A program made the translations under genes and the position numbers. From NCBI RefSeq assembly GCF_006345805.1, contig NC_043010.1, positions 27,590,001 to 27,654,000 of the forward strand: a stretch of DNA of 64,000 nt. The letters are read 5' to 3'. This document shows positions 52,223-64,000 of the stretch, one piece after another; the first letter of the stretch is position 1; every line of letters starts with the position of its first letter. The notes below the pieces were generated by a model. It saw only the letters and a program-made list of their open reading frames with translations, was not told where the DNA came from and searched no databases. The DNA is from Octopus sinensis (Eukaryota).

Positions 52223-52364
52223 CGGAGTGGGAGTAGATGACAATCGGAGTGGGAGTGACAATCGGAGTGGGAGTAAGTGACAATCGGAGTGGGAGTGACA
52301 ATCGGAGTGGGAGTGATAATCGGAGTGGGAGTAAGTGACAATCGGAGTGGGAGTAAGTGACAAT
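52223..52364 (+). repeat. Minisatellite, 7 units of CGGAGTGGGAGT(AAGT)GACAAT (18/22 bp)
   Basis: Unit starts 52223, 52245, 52263, 52285, 52303, 52321, 52343. Confidence 0.92.
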
Positions 52365-52535
52365 GCCGGTGGAATGTGGAGAGAGGTTTTGCTTTGGTGT
52401 AATCTAGTATTTTAATCAAGATGAATTTTTGTTGGAAACTTGATTTTATTTTAAATTTTCACACAAATACACACATACATATGTACATACAAACATGCAT
52501 ACATGCATATATATACACATATATATACATACATA

Positions 52536-52823
52536 TCACCGTGATCACCATGACCAACAACAGATGGTTACAATGCGCTTCGCATTGTTTTAGCCTTCAA
52601 ATGACGCCACCCCGCTGGCTAAGCGAGCAGGCCAACAGAAGAAAGAGTGAGAGAAAGTTGCTGCGAAAGAGTACAGCAGGGATCGCCACCACCCCCTGCC
52701 GGAGCATCGTGGAGCTTTAGGTGTTTTCGCTCAATAAACACTCACAACGCTCGGTCTGGGAAATGAAACCGCTATCCTACGACCGCGAGTCCGCTGCCCT
52801 AACCACTGGGCCATTGCACCTCC
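52536..52823 (-). mobile_element. tRNA-derived SINE with (TA)n tail, full length
   Basis: Head GGAGGTGCAATGGCCCAGTGGTTAGGGCAGCGGACTCGCGG (A box TGGCCCAGTGG), degenerate B box; tail shared with 424-533 and 6703-6819. Confidence 0.78.
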
Positions 52824-52878
<55 letters not shown>

Positions 52879-53159
52879 GTATATATATATATGTATATAT
52901 ATATGTATATATATATATATAAATTAACATCTAATTTAGGATAAAATTTTTCGAAAAAAATTCTATCAATGGCCAGCATATTAAAAAAAACCTTTAAAGG
53001 TTAAATTTATAAACAATTTATAAGTAAGGGCAAAAAGAAAATTTCTAAAGCCAAATTATGCCGAAAATAGACACAACGTCAATAACCATGTAATTTATCA
53101 CTAAAAGCGCGTTTTTGAAGAAAGCCGACAGAAATTTCCAAAAAATCCCGTTATTACCA

Positions 53160-53213
53160 TATCGGACCCGATTTCAGAGTTAGTTCATAAGAACCTTCTC
53201 TTCATCAGTGATA
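53160..53213 (-). ncRNA. Type I hammerhead-like motif (family 6), partly degenerate
   Basis: TATCA-CTGATGA-AGAG..GTTC ttat GAAC..CTCT-GAAA-TCGGG-TC-CGATA; stem I closing pair is A-C. Confidence 0.6.
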
Positions 53214-53496
53214 AATGCGGCAAAGAAATAAGTGAAATACTTACTTATACCCATGGAAGAAGTGAACACTGAGTCATGAACACAATTAAGTACCCCAAAT
53301 ATATCCAAAATAGAAACTCTCTAGCACACCTCGAGACACGTGCGATTCGAACCGAAAAGCTCTCGTGAAGTGAGAGTCCGCAAGTGAACACTATTAAATT
53401 AACATCTAATTTAGGATAAAATTTTTCGAAGAAATTCTTAGTGCTCACTTCTTCCATGGGTATAAGTAAGTATTTCACTTATTTCTTTGCCGCATT

Positions 53497-53550
53497 TATC
53501 ACTGATGAAAAGAAGGTTCTTATGAACTAACTCTGAAATCGGGTCCGATA
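53497..53550 (+). ncRNA. Hammerhead family 6, inverted-arm copy
   Basis: Same motif with AAAG in stem II. Confidence 0.55.
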
Positions 53551-53691
53551 TGGTACTAACGGGATTTTTTAGAAGTTTTTTAGAAATTTCTGTCAGCTTT
53601 CTTCGAAACACGTGCTTGTAGTGATAAATTACATGGTTATTGACGTTGTGTCTATTTTCGGCATTAGAATTTTTTTCTTTTGCCCTTACTT

Positions 53692-53737
<46 letters not shown>

Positions 53738-53755
53738 CATACATACATACATACA

Positions 53756-53788
<33 letters not shown>

Positions 53789-54009
53789 GCGTGTGTGTGT
53801 GTGTGTATATAGGAAATTATTTGACATATGTATATGTATGTATCTGTATGTATATGCATATGTGTGTCTGTGTAACCATCATAATTAATATATGTATACA
53901 GACCTGTATTTTCGCAAGGATCTTCATATTCGTATATCTGTTTGTTTATCATTTCATGCAATCATAATAATATTATACATCATTAAATCTTCATTTTTTT
54001 TTAATATTC

Positions 54010-54761
54010 CACAGGGACGTAAACACACCAACACCGGTTGTCAAGCGATGGTCGGGACAAACACAGACCAAACACACAAACTCGCTGGTGATGTCCTGTA
54101 CTTAATGTGTTATATATATGAGAGAGAGAGAGGATATATTTATATAAAGCCCATCGTGTGTGTGTATATATATATATACGAGTGTGAGTCAAAAAGTAAT
54201 GTCATTTTGTTTCGGACAGGTATAATTACCAGCACAGGAACATGTATCATACATCAAAATGAAGTTGATCCGCTGTGGATCACATCCCTACTTCTCAACA
54301 TAGTCACCGTTTCTCTCAATTAGCAATGTTCCACCTTTGAATGAGAGCATGTAAAATTCTGCCCCGTAAAATTCTGTTGACTGTTCTTTGAGCCGCTTCT
54401 TCACTACCTCCACCCTCACCAGATAGCCTTCAGACTACCATCTCTTCGGCGTCACGAAAGAGGGTTTGAGAGGTAAGCATTATTCCAGTGACGAAGAAGT
54501 GAAAAATGTAGTGAAGAAGTGTCTCAAAGAACAGTCAACAGAATTTTACGGGGCATGGATACATGCTCTCATTCGATGGTGGAACATTGTTGAGAAGTAG
54601 GGATGTGATCCATAAAGGACCAACTTCATTTTGATGTATGATACATGTCCCTGTGTTGGTAATTATACCTGTCCTAAACAAAATGGCATTACTTTTTGCC
54701 TCACCCTCGTATATGCGATGGGCTTATATATATATATATATATATATAAGAAGCCCCTCGT

Positions 54762-54803
<42 letters not shown>

Positions 54804-54950
54804 GATAGGCTTCTTCCAGTTTCCGTTCACCAAATCCACTCCTAGAGCTTTGGTCGAACCAAGTAGAAGAGACTTGCCCAAAGTGCCACGCAGTGGGACT
54901 GTACCCGGAACTATGTAGCGGGGAAACAAACTTCTTACCACACAGCCACG
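54010..54950 (-). mobile_element. SINE family B interrupted by a mariner-derived fold-back
   Basis: Tail part 54010-54090; head part 54801-54950. Confidence 0.7.
54179..54709 (+). mobile_element. mariner-derived palindromic element; both arms come from the transposon 3' end
   Basis: TA flanks; arms 54179-54407 / 54508-54709; centre encodes SPD.A.SDYHLFG..KEGLRGKHYSSDEEVK. Confidence 0.85.
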
Positions 54951-54989
54951 CTAAATTATATTTTTTTCTTCAAATAAGGTTTAACAATT

Positions 54990-56360
54990 TGATTATTGAT
55001 ATTAAGGATGAAGTTATAGAGGAGATCAACTCTACCGCATTTGCTTTATTTTTAACTGAGCATGAGGAGTCTACTGACGTAACGTTGTGTTCCAAGTTGA
55101 TGGCGTTTTTGTAAGAATTGTTCGCCCAGGTTCGTTTAAATAAAAAGCTTCTTTTTGTCTCCTTTCGAAAAAACTATCAACTCGGCAGATTTGGGGGGGA
55201 AGTGTTTCATCTTCCATAGAATTAGAAAATCGTTTGTGGGATAACATATTTCGCTGCTATACAGATGGAGCTCCAATTGTGTTAGGCACAGCATCTGGAT
55301 TTCAAGTTTATGTGGAAACGTGAACTCTGAATATCAAAGAAATTTATTCTTTAATCTATCGTCAGCCACCGATCTGAAAGAAAAAACTTCAGATCCATCT
55401 AGGAAGTTGTGGTATCAAACAAGTCAAATTGTCCAAACACCCGTGGTCCCTCTAACGGTGACAGCTATTACAAGGGAGATAATAATTTCGTCATAATAAA
55501 AAGCAAGAATAGAAGTTTGAAATTGAAATGAGGAAATTATAAAGAGAATTCACATTTTTGCATTTACCTTTTTAATACGAAGTTCTTAAATTTTCTTGTC
55601 GTTAGTAACCATGTATAGTAGTATTTTATTCTTTTTAGAAATCCTCAGAATAGAATAAGCTGTGACTTATTAGTTAATCATTTTAAAAGTGAGACATTTC
55701 ATTAAAGATAGGAATGATTATAGTCTGGTTCAGTTTATGAAATAAGGAACACCAACTCACAACTTTTTAAGTAGTTATATATGAACGTGGATGCGGACCA
55801 ACGTTTGTTTTTCAACACAAATGTGTGACGGCTTTCAAGAGGAACTATTTTGAGCTGAGAGATGAGATGAAATATTGTTTTGAAGTTCAATATACGATAG
55901 ATTCTTTTTATAAGGGTTGAATGGGGAATCAGCACGTTTTTTTTTTATTTATAATTCTGAGTAGTCGAATCAACTGAATCTTCAAATGCAAAGAAGGAAT
56001 ATAAGCATTATAAAATATATCGACTTCGTGGAAGTCATTTATGAACAGACTGAAAAACTAGAACAGAAAGATCGGCATCAAATAAGTGGCAATATTTGAA
56101 AATCTGTCACCAACTAATGTTCCTGGTTTGAAGCCGAAATACTTGAAAGAATTGACAAAAAAAAAACGGAAATTTTTAACATTTAACAGAACTAAAATAA
56201 AAAAGCAATTTCAGTCGATATTTTAGTAAAGACCACGAATATGTCAAAGGTAAATAATACAAATGGAATATTTTCACCGATACAGAAATATACCTTTAGA
56301 TTTGATGTAATCTATGACATTGAACAAACCTTTTTCAGTGTCAGAAATTACAAACTACAA
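54990..56360 (+). pseudogene. hAT (Buster/Charlie-type) transposase fossil
   Basis: FAL..EESTDVT.CSKLM.F, WDN..C.TDGAP..LG..SGF, NTNV*RLSRG..FELRDE, EQTFS; a hAT-type end GGTTGGGAACCACT at ~57354-57367. Confidence 0.7.
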
Positions 56361-57366
56361 TCCTACAGAGTTACATAATATACAAAACATCTCATCTTAT
56401 GGAATATCAGTCCTAATTCTTCTTTTAGAACCTCAAAATTTCAGTAACGAGAGTTGGATTTCATAGGAAACTCCTTTAAATTATATGCTGGAAAAGCATA
56501 TAATTTAATCATTATTAATAAAGCCTATAACACATTCACCGGTTGTTGCTTATCTATATTTCATTTTTCTTTTCATTTTTGAAATAATTGATGTTTACTT
56601 ATATTCGTAAAAGTATTCTTCCTAATGATCGTTGCGAGGAATCTCTGGAACTGAAGAATAATTCGAAAGTACGAACCAGATATCAATCACTGAATTTTTG
56701 TCGTTGATGGGCTAAACTTACACAAAAGTAGCGTAAAGAACTATACATATATTATTTCTATTTTAGTCTGTTATTACTTAATAGAGTTTTCAAATACGTT
56801 ACAAATGAGAATGTGACAATAAATTAGACCGGGAGTTATTTATTACCTCCGCTGTGACCTTTCAAGCCCTTTTGTAATACACCCAAGAATTGGAGAAGAG
56901 AAATCAATCACAGCTTCTTCATTAGTTGTGATCTTCATCACAATAAAATTAATTAGAATACTGTTATGTAAATTGTGCTAGGATTTGAGTGACTTCCCTT
57001 GATAATAAAGGGCATGCGCATTTGATGATCAGAGAGAGAGCGCGGCCATTTTGAATAACATACGCTAAATCGAGAATATCGTGGATAACAATATATGACT
57101 TCAAATTAGTTTCTTTGAACCAAGAATTACTAGTCATACATAACAAATACCCTAGCATTCTATTGAACTATATATTTACTGAACTATACTTCAGTCAGTT
57201 AACACAAGTTTGTGAACTTGCACCAAAATTTCAAACCATTACTCACACGCAAATCATTTGTAATACTTCTTTTAACTCTTTTAATCATGCAAAGAGGGGA
57301 AAATTACATTCTGAAATACGACTAAAAGAGTGAAGGGAGCAAGAATAAAATGGTTGGGAACCACTA

Positions 57367-57400
<34 letters not shown>

Positions 57401-57490
57401 TCATGATTCCTACAAAGTTTTCTCTTATATCATTAATCTTCACACATTTCTTTACTAACATTCTTGTTTAAATAATCTAATACCTCAAAT

Positions 57491-57739
57491 CAGTGATTCC
57501 CAACCATTTATCACCTATGGACCTCTTTTATTCTTATTTTATTCTACTGGAATCCCATAATCATTCCATGTTTTAAAAAATCCATTATATTCTTGTAATT
57601 AAAAATCATTAGGAATTGTATAAAGACAAAAAAATCTAAAATATTTTGTTGTTGAACAACAATTTATTACAGATAAACTTTAGCAACAAAATGGTATGTA
57701 GACCCCAAGGATCGCATGGACCCCGGTTGAGAAGCACTG
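57491..57739. mobile_element. hAT-type (MER5/Charlie-like) MITE
   Basis: TIR CAGTGATTCCCAACC / GGTTGAGAAGCACTG; flanks CCTCAAAT / CATTAAAT (6/8). Confidence 0.75.
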
Positions 57740-57997
57740 CATTAAATGCTTTGTGTTCGACAACTTTGCCTTATTTTCTTTTGTTCTTCCCAACCAAATT
57801 GTCTACCCACTTTTTACTGCATTTTTTTATTGTTATCCTGTCTATTCCCGCCTCGTTTCTACCCGAATGCAGTAAATACATTTTTTATTGTCATGACATT
57901 CATAGAACCTATGTAACACATTACTGTCCTATGCCTTCTGCATTTTACGCCAACCTTCCACGTGTATTCATAATTCCTCCGTCTTTTCATAACCATA

Positions 57998-58177
57998 AAT
58001 CCAAGCCCTCGACTATCGCGGGTGTTACGTTCCAAAACCTCCCACATGGATAATTAAAATCTAAAAAAATATAAATACCTATCGGCCAAAGAAACCCGCG
58101 ATAAATTTATATATATATTAGCCAGAAAAATCCGCGATGTACTAATAGGTGAACAGCGATATGGCTAGGGATTGCTG
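57998..58177. mobile_element. pogo/Tigger-like MITE, degenerate
   Basis: CCCTCGACTATCGCG ... GCGATATGGCTAGGGATTGCTG|TA. Confidence 0.45.
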
Positions 58178-58214
58178 TATAGTCTTTATAAACTTCCTTT
58201 TATAATTAATTGCT

Positions 58215-58342
58215 AATAGTAGTAGTAGTGGTATTAGCAGCAGCAACAGCAGTAGTAGTAGTAGTAGTAGTAGCAGCAGCAGCAGCAGCAGCAGCAGTAG
58301 CAGCATTGTAGTAGTAGTAGTAGTAGTAGTAGCAGCAGCTGT

Positions 58343-58374
<32 letters not shown>

Positions 58375-58407
58375 TAGCCGTAGCAGCACAGCAGCAGCAG
58401 CAGTAGC

Positions 58408-58442
<35 letters not shown>

Positions 58443-58470
58443 CAGCAGCTGTAGCATCAGCAGCAGCAGC

Positions 58471-58529
<59 letters not shown>

Positions 58530-58530
58530 T
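58215..58530. repeat. (AGT)n/(AGC)n compound trinucleotide array
   Basis: Direct reading. Confidence 0.95.
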
Positions 58531-59142
58531 AGATAGTTTACGACCATTGTTAACCATTCATAACTGTATTTTCAAATGAATTTAATCCCTGAAATGCTGA
58601 ACACAAAATTCCAAGCTCAAAGACATTTCCATTTATTATAAGCTAACTCCAACACTATTCCTTAATTTTTTTTACGCCTAACGTAATTGGAATTTATCTC
58701 TCCCTAGTTAATTAGATTTCTCACAGATGGCGTTCTATGCAAATGTAACTTATTTAGATATTCGAAGTTGGATATTTCTTAGGCGGGAAGGGGTTATGGT
58801 GCAATTATTTATATTCTAGAGATGTCTCAATTTGCGCATTTGTGCATCTTTCTGCACGTTAAACTTTCTTGCAGATACAAATTCTCCTATCTTTGTATTT
58901 ACGTGTTTTAAATTTTATTTATGATATCAATTGACTCTTTAAACTCCATCAATAATTTCAATTAGCAAAACACACACACACACAAACATAAATATATATA
59001 TACATATGTAAGTAGGTATGTATGTATGTGTGTATATATACATAGATATATATAGATAATACACATTCATACACACATTCATACATATACAAACATATAT
59101 ATAAATATTTCTATACACATATATATGCATGCAAGTATATAA

Positions 59143-59232
<90 letters not shown>

Positions 59233-59259
59233 TATATAATATATATATATATACATAGG

Positions 59260-59294
<35 letters not shown>

Positions 59295-59481
59295 TACATA
59301 CCTATATATATATATGTGTATGTATATAAATATATATATATTACAAGTATATATGTATGTATATATGTATATATATACATATATATATGTATGTATTATA
59401 TGTATTATATATATATATATTATATATATATATATATTCGTATGTGTGTGTATCTATATATATACATGTATGTATGTATGA

Positions 59482-59518
<37 letters not shown>

Positions 59519-60398
59519 TATGTATGTATTATATGTATTAGTATATATCTATATGTGTATATGTATATATGTATTATATGTATATATATATATGTGTGTG
59601 TGTATGTGTGTGTGTGTGTGTCTGTCTGTCTGTGTAAATATAAATATACATATATATTTAATCTCATATGAACCGTATTAAAAACTGGAGTAATTATTAC
59701 AGTTATCCCTGTCGTACAACAACCAGTAAACATACTGCAACATCTCATTTTGCTTTACATTACAGAACATAGATTTTCTTCTTTTTTTCTTCTCCTTTTC
59801 CTCCTGTTTTTCCCTTTTCTGTTACTTCTCACCGTTTCCAAACCCAATTCTTAAGTTACATAATAATGTAAGAATTCGATCCTTCACTCAACATTTCATT
59901 CTGTACTGAACTAACTCCCACATCTCCAGAAATGTTAATATCGCCCGTTGCTGTCATTCTATAAGATAATTTTATAAATGTGCGTATATGTATATATATA
60001 TATACATATATGCATATACACCCACCCACACACACACATGCACATATATACATATATACATATATATATATAATCCTTTTTCGGAATAGTATATCTCGAA
60101 ACACTGGGCCGAAAAGCCCCTTTGATAGAAAAACCCAGCAATTGATAGATAGATAGATAGATAGATAATGGTTTTCATGTAGTTAGCATACTAGACATAA
60201 TTCCACACCTTTTATCCGTATTTCCTGCTATTAATTCATGACTATGTTGTCTCTTGATCATAATTACATGCTTAGATATGCATTTCCCCGCTTAAATTTA
60301 TTATCTCTACTTTAAAAGTCTTATTAAAGAGTGAAACATCTGTTCAGTTGTCAGCACGCAGTAAATATATTTATCATACTCTACTGAATTATAAAATA

Positions 60399-60753
60399 CT
60401 AGCACTATGACCCGGCAACGCCAGGTCATAGTGCTAGTGCATGCATATACAACTGCGTGCGTGCGCACATACATGCGAGTACTGTTCAAATCTCCGACCA
60501 ATCACATACAGCTAGCTGGCATTCAATTGGCGTATCAAGTTTCGGGCATTTTGATTGGGTTTTGGATAGAAAATTCACAAAAAAGTCACTTCTAATTATC
60601 TTTAATGGCTTTGCGGGGTGACTGGGGAAATATGCACGACCACCCTTGGACAGGTTTGAGTGACAATAGTAAGTGCGAGCCCTCTAACTGAAAAACTGTG
60701 GATTTGTATAGAGGACACACACACAGACATTTTGCCGTTTATATATATAGAGA
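60399..60753 (-). mobile_element. Non-autonomous Helitron
   Basis: A|TCTCTATATATATAAACGG 5' end; 3' end ...GCGTTGCCGGGTCATAGTGCTAG|T with hairpin; AT target, no TSD. Confidence 0.8.
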
Positions 60754-61424
60754 TTTTAAGTTCTTTATTGCGGAATATTTTGAGATTTTGTTGTAGAATT
60801 TGAATGATAATTCAATCTTTTCTCTGTCAAAGAACTTCTTCATGCTTCTGAAATTTTTTATTTTCGCCGCACAGTGCACCGTTTTATTTTTAGTCCGGAC
60901 ATATTGACGAATTCAAAGCCACCATTTGTTCGTATACAGTACCCCTTGTTATGTTATTTCCGGGGCGCTCGCTAACTGCAAGTGAATCTTTGGTGTCTTC
61001 TATCGCTGCTCAGCGTGTGACTTCGCCTTGCGGGCTTAACTTTTCCACACTACCCACCAGCTGCAGATTCATTCAGGAGGTTCTTTAGAACTCATCCGAA
61101 ACTAGTGTGGAGCACAAATGCAAAACAGGAAAGCAATTCGGGGTTCCTGATGACTTCACTTTCCTTTAGAATGCAGTCAATCATCACAAGGACAATATTA
61201 AAGTGTAGATTCACCAGCACGAAGGTCAAGTCATCCTGCAACCAATGTCATCTCGTTAGTGTTTGGCTACTTTGCTGATCAAAGAAACAGATATTGTGTT
61301 GAGCAGCGGTGTCTTGTCTAACATGATGCGGCCATGATTGGCCAGGACTGTTCTTGACTGATAAATAAACCCCGTGAAGTAGAGCGACCGATGAATCGGA
61401 AATCTCTGGCTCAACTTTGCTTTT

Positions 61425-62190
61425 GCTAGACTTGTACTCTTTTACTTGTTTCAATCATTCAACTACGGCCACGCTGGAGCACCACCTTGAAGTATTTAGT
61501 TGATCGAATCGATCCCTGTGCTTATTCTTAATTTGCTACTTGTTCTGTTTCATTTTGCCACAGAGCTTTGTTAAGAGAACGTAAACAAACCAACATCATC
61601 TGCCAAGCGGTAAATGACAAACCACAGACATAAATATACATATAAATGTGTGCGTGTATATATCTACATATATATACAAGGGTGGGGTGCTGAAAAGTTC
61701 CTGGCTCTGGTAAAAGGAGGATCGGTTAACTATGATTTTATTCAACATATTTCCCTCTTATTTTCACACACTTATTGCAGCGGTCCCTCAGTTCTTCCTA
61801 AGCCCTGTAAGAGAACTCGGAAGGTTGGGCCTTCAACAAGACCTTTCCCAATACCCTTAAATCCAGGAACTTTTCAGCACCCTCTCGTATGTGTATATGT
61901 GTATGTATATGTGTATGTTGTATGTATTATGTATCCCATATACGTGCGTGTGTGTGTGTGTGTGCCTGTGTGTGTATGTATGTACCTTATATAAGTATGT
62001 GTGTGTGTGAGTATGTCTGTCTGTGTATGTATCTTACATACGTGTGTGTGCGAGTAGGTTAGGGTTCCGGGCACAATCAAAAGTTACTGGTTGGCTCAGG
62101 GCTTGCAGCAGAAGACTTTCTTGTCAGGTGCCAGGCAGTGGAACTGAACCCGGTGCCATACTGTTGCTAAGTAACCATCTTAACTGCCAT
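61425..62190 (-). mobile_element. SINE family B interrupted by a mariner-type MITE
   Basis: Tail 61425-61640; head ~62050-62190. Confidence 0.65.
61677..61887. mobile_element. mariner-type MITE, 211 bp
   Basis: TIR core GGGTGCTGAAAAGTTCCTGG / CCAGGAACTTTTCAGCACCC; TA flanks. Confidence 0.8.
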
Positions 62191-62778
62191 GCACATATTC
62201 CGTTATTTCATTCTGTACAAACGGCTTTTCATCCAGTTCCAGCATTAGACATAAGCAACGCCATATAATTCCGCCATTAATTCGTATCGAGGCCGACGCT
62301 TAATCATAATGATTGGTTCGGAGATCTGCTTTTCGGAAATTACAATCAGTCGATTTACGGAGAGCGAAACAACGGCTCTGGCGGCCAATACATGCATGCA
62401 TGCATACATACATACATACATACACACATACATATGCGCACACATACATATGTGAACACATATGAAAATGCATATATATAAATAGAAGTGTGTGTGTGTG
62501 TGTGTGTGTGTGTTTGTGTGCGTATGTAGGCATGTGTGTATGTATGTATACATATCTGTACGTACATACGTGCGTATACACACGTATATAGAGAGATATG
62601 TTTATACTTATTAGCATGCATGTATCATCTATCTGTGTGTGTATGGGTTTGTGTGGTGTGTCAGTGTGTATGTGTGTGCATTCGTATATATTTGTATGAA
62701 TGTATATGCAAATATAAATATATGTACACATAGATATAGATATGTGTGTATGTGTATACATATACAAAACACACGTAC

Positions 62779-62821
<43 letters not shown>

Positions 62822-63780
62822 TACACATTCATACATACATACATATACACCACACACATGCATACGTACATATACACATACATATGAACATAGTACATAA
62901 GTGCATACATATATGTATGCATATATACACACACACATACATACAAATACACATACATACATATACATACATACACATACATATACAGACACATATACAT
63001 GCATACATACATACATACATACACATATATTCATACATACATACATATATACATATACATACATACATAAACACACGTACATACAAACATACATACATAC
63101 ATACATACATACATACATGCACGCATACATACATACATACATACATACATACATACATACATACATACATACATACATACATACATACATACATACATAC
63201 ACACACACATACATACTCAACGACACATCCAAACACAACAACAAACGAAAACAACAGCAAAAACAAAATAAAATTAGTACTCCAACAGAAACAAACAAAC
63301 AAAAAACAAATAAACAGACAGACAAAAACAAACAATACATAAGACAACAACACAAATAAAAAGTAAATAATCGATTTTCTGTCCTGTTGAAATGGGAAAA
63401 GATTTCCAGAGCGAATTCCAAGAGGCTGAAGGAGTTCTTTTTACCTGAACCGATGAGAAATCAATGCCAGGAATGTCATCGAATCTTCCATTCCTGGTGA
63501 TTGTGTTGACTTTTTAAGTATTGATCTGATATAAATTTCTCTGAAACTATCAACCATTCAATCAAAGCATAATCACGAGGTTTTACATTCATTGTGGAGA
63601 TAAGTGATAGGTAGAAACAGGCAGACATTTATAGATGCATACCTACATACCTACATACCTACCTGCCTACGTACCTACCTACCTACATACATATATACAT
63701 ACATTCATACATACATACATGCATCCATACATACATGCATACATACATACATGTATGTATATATACATATATGTATATAC

Positions 63781-63844
<64 letters not shown>

Positions 63845-64000
63845 ATTTCTATACATACACCATGCGCATTACGCATGTATATGTTTATATATTTGTTATT
63901 ATATTTTATTTATCTATCGCTCTCTCTCTCTCTCTCCCCTCTCTCTCTCTCCTATATATATATATATGTGGTGTGTGTGTGTGTGGTGTGTGTGTGTATC

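Larger units (their letters stand above)
52921..53698 (-). mobile_element. ORF-less PLE-pLTR-like insertion: ~1.1 tandem 475-nt units + inverted partial copy, between (TA)n tracts
   Basis: 52921-52963 repeated at 53396-53438; 53439-53698 inverts ~53016-53272; hammerhead motifs in both arms. Confidence 0.8.

Noticed and set aside
52223-52364. CRISPR-like regular repeats
   Set aside because: No unique spacers, no cas genes, eukaryotic context; a minisatellite.
56651-56675. CTGAAGAATAATTCGAAAGTAC
   Set aside because: No UH cleavage triplet and no stem I.
63360-63620. Unique-looking segment as a host exon (C..C..F on plus; CAG|GTAAAA donor on minus)
   Set aside because: Stops in all useful frames and no convincing acceptor.

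Overview
Repeat-saturated, AT-rich animal genomic DNA. The microsatellite density and SINE/LINE set look cephalopod (Octopus-like), which is an inference. I found no convincing host gene exon, rRNA, true tRNA or CRISPR array, and almost all listed ORFs are microsatellite artefacts. Recognisable content: a tandemly duplicated 5'-truncated Penelope-like element (RT + GIY-YIG), three R4/Dong-like LINE pieces next to (TAA)n, a nearly intact APE-RT LINE of the CR1/L2 group, RTE and Tx1 fragments, a Tc1, mariner derivatives, a hAT fossil and MITEs, two non-autonomous Helitrons, several tRNA-derived SINE families and one 100-N gap. The standout signal is about 14 type I hammerhead ribozyme motifs from six unrelated sequence families. 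They show all three C3-G8, U3-A8 and G3-C8 versions of the core tertiary pair, and most sit in small ORF-less elements with an inverted arm. One of these (32239-33026) is a TSD-flanked retrozyme-like insertion whose 352-nt monomer starts at the predicted ribozyme cleavage site.
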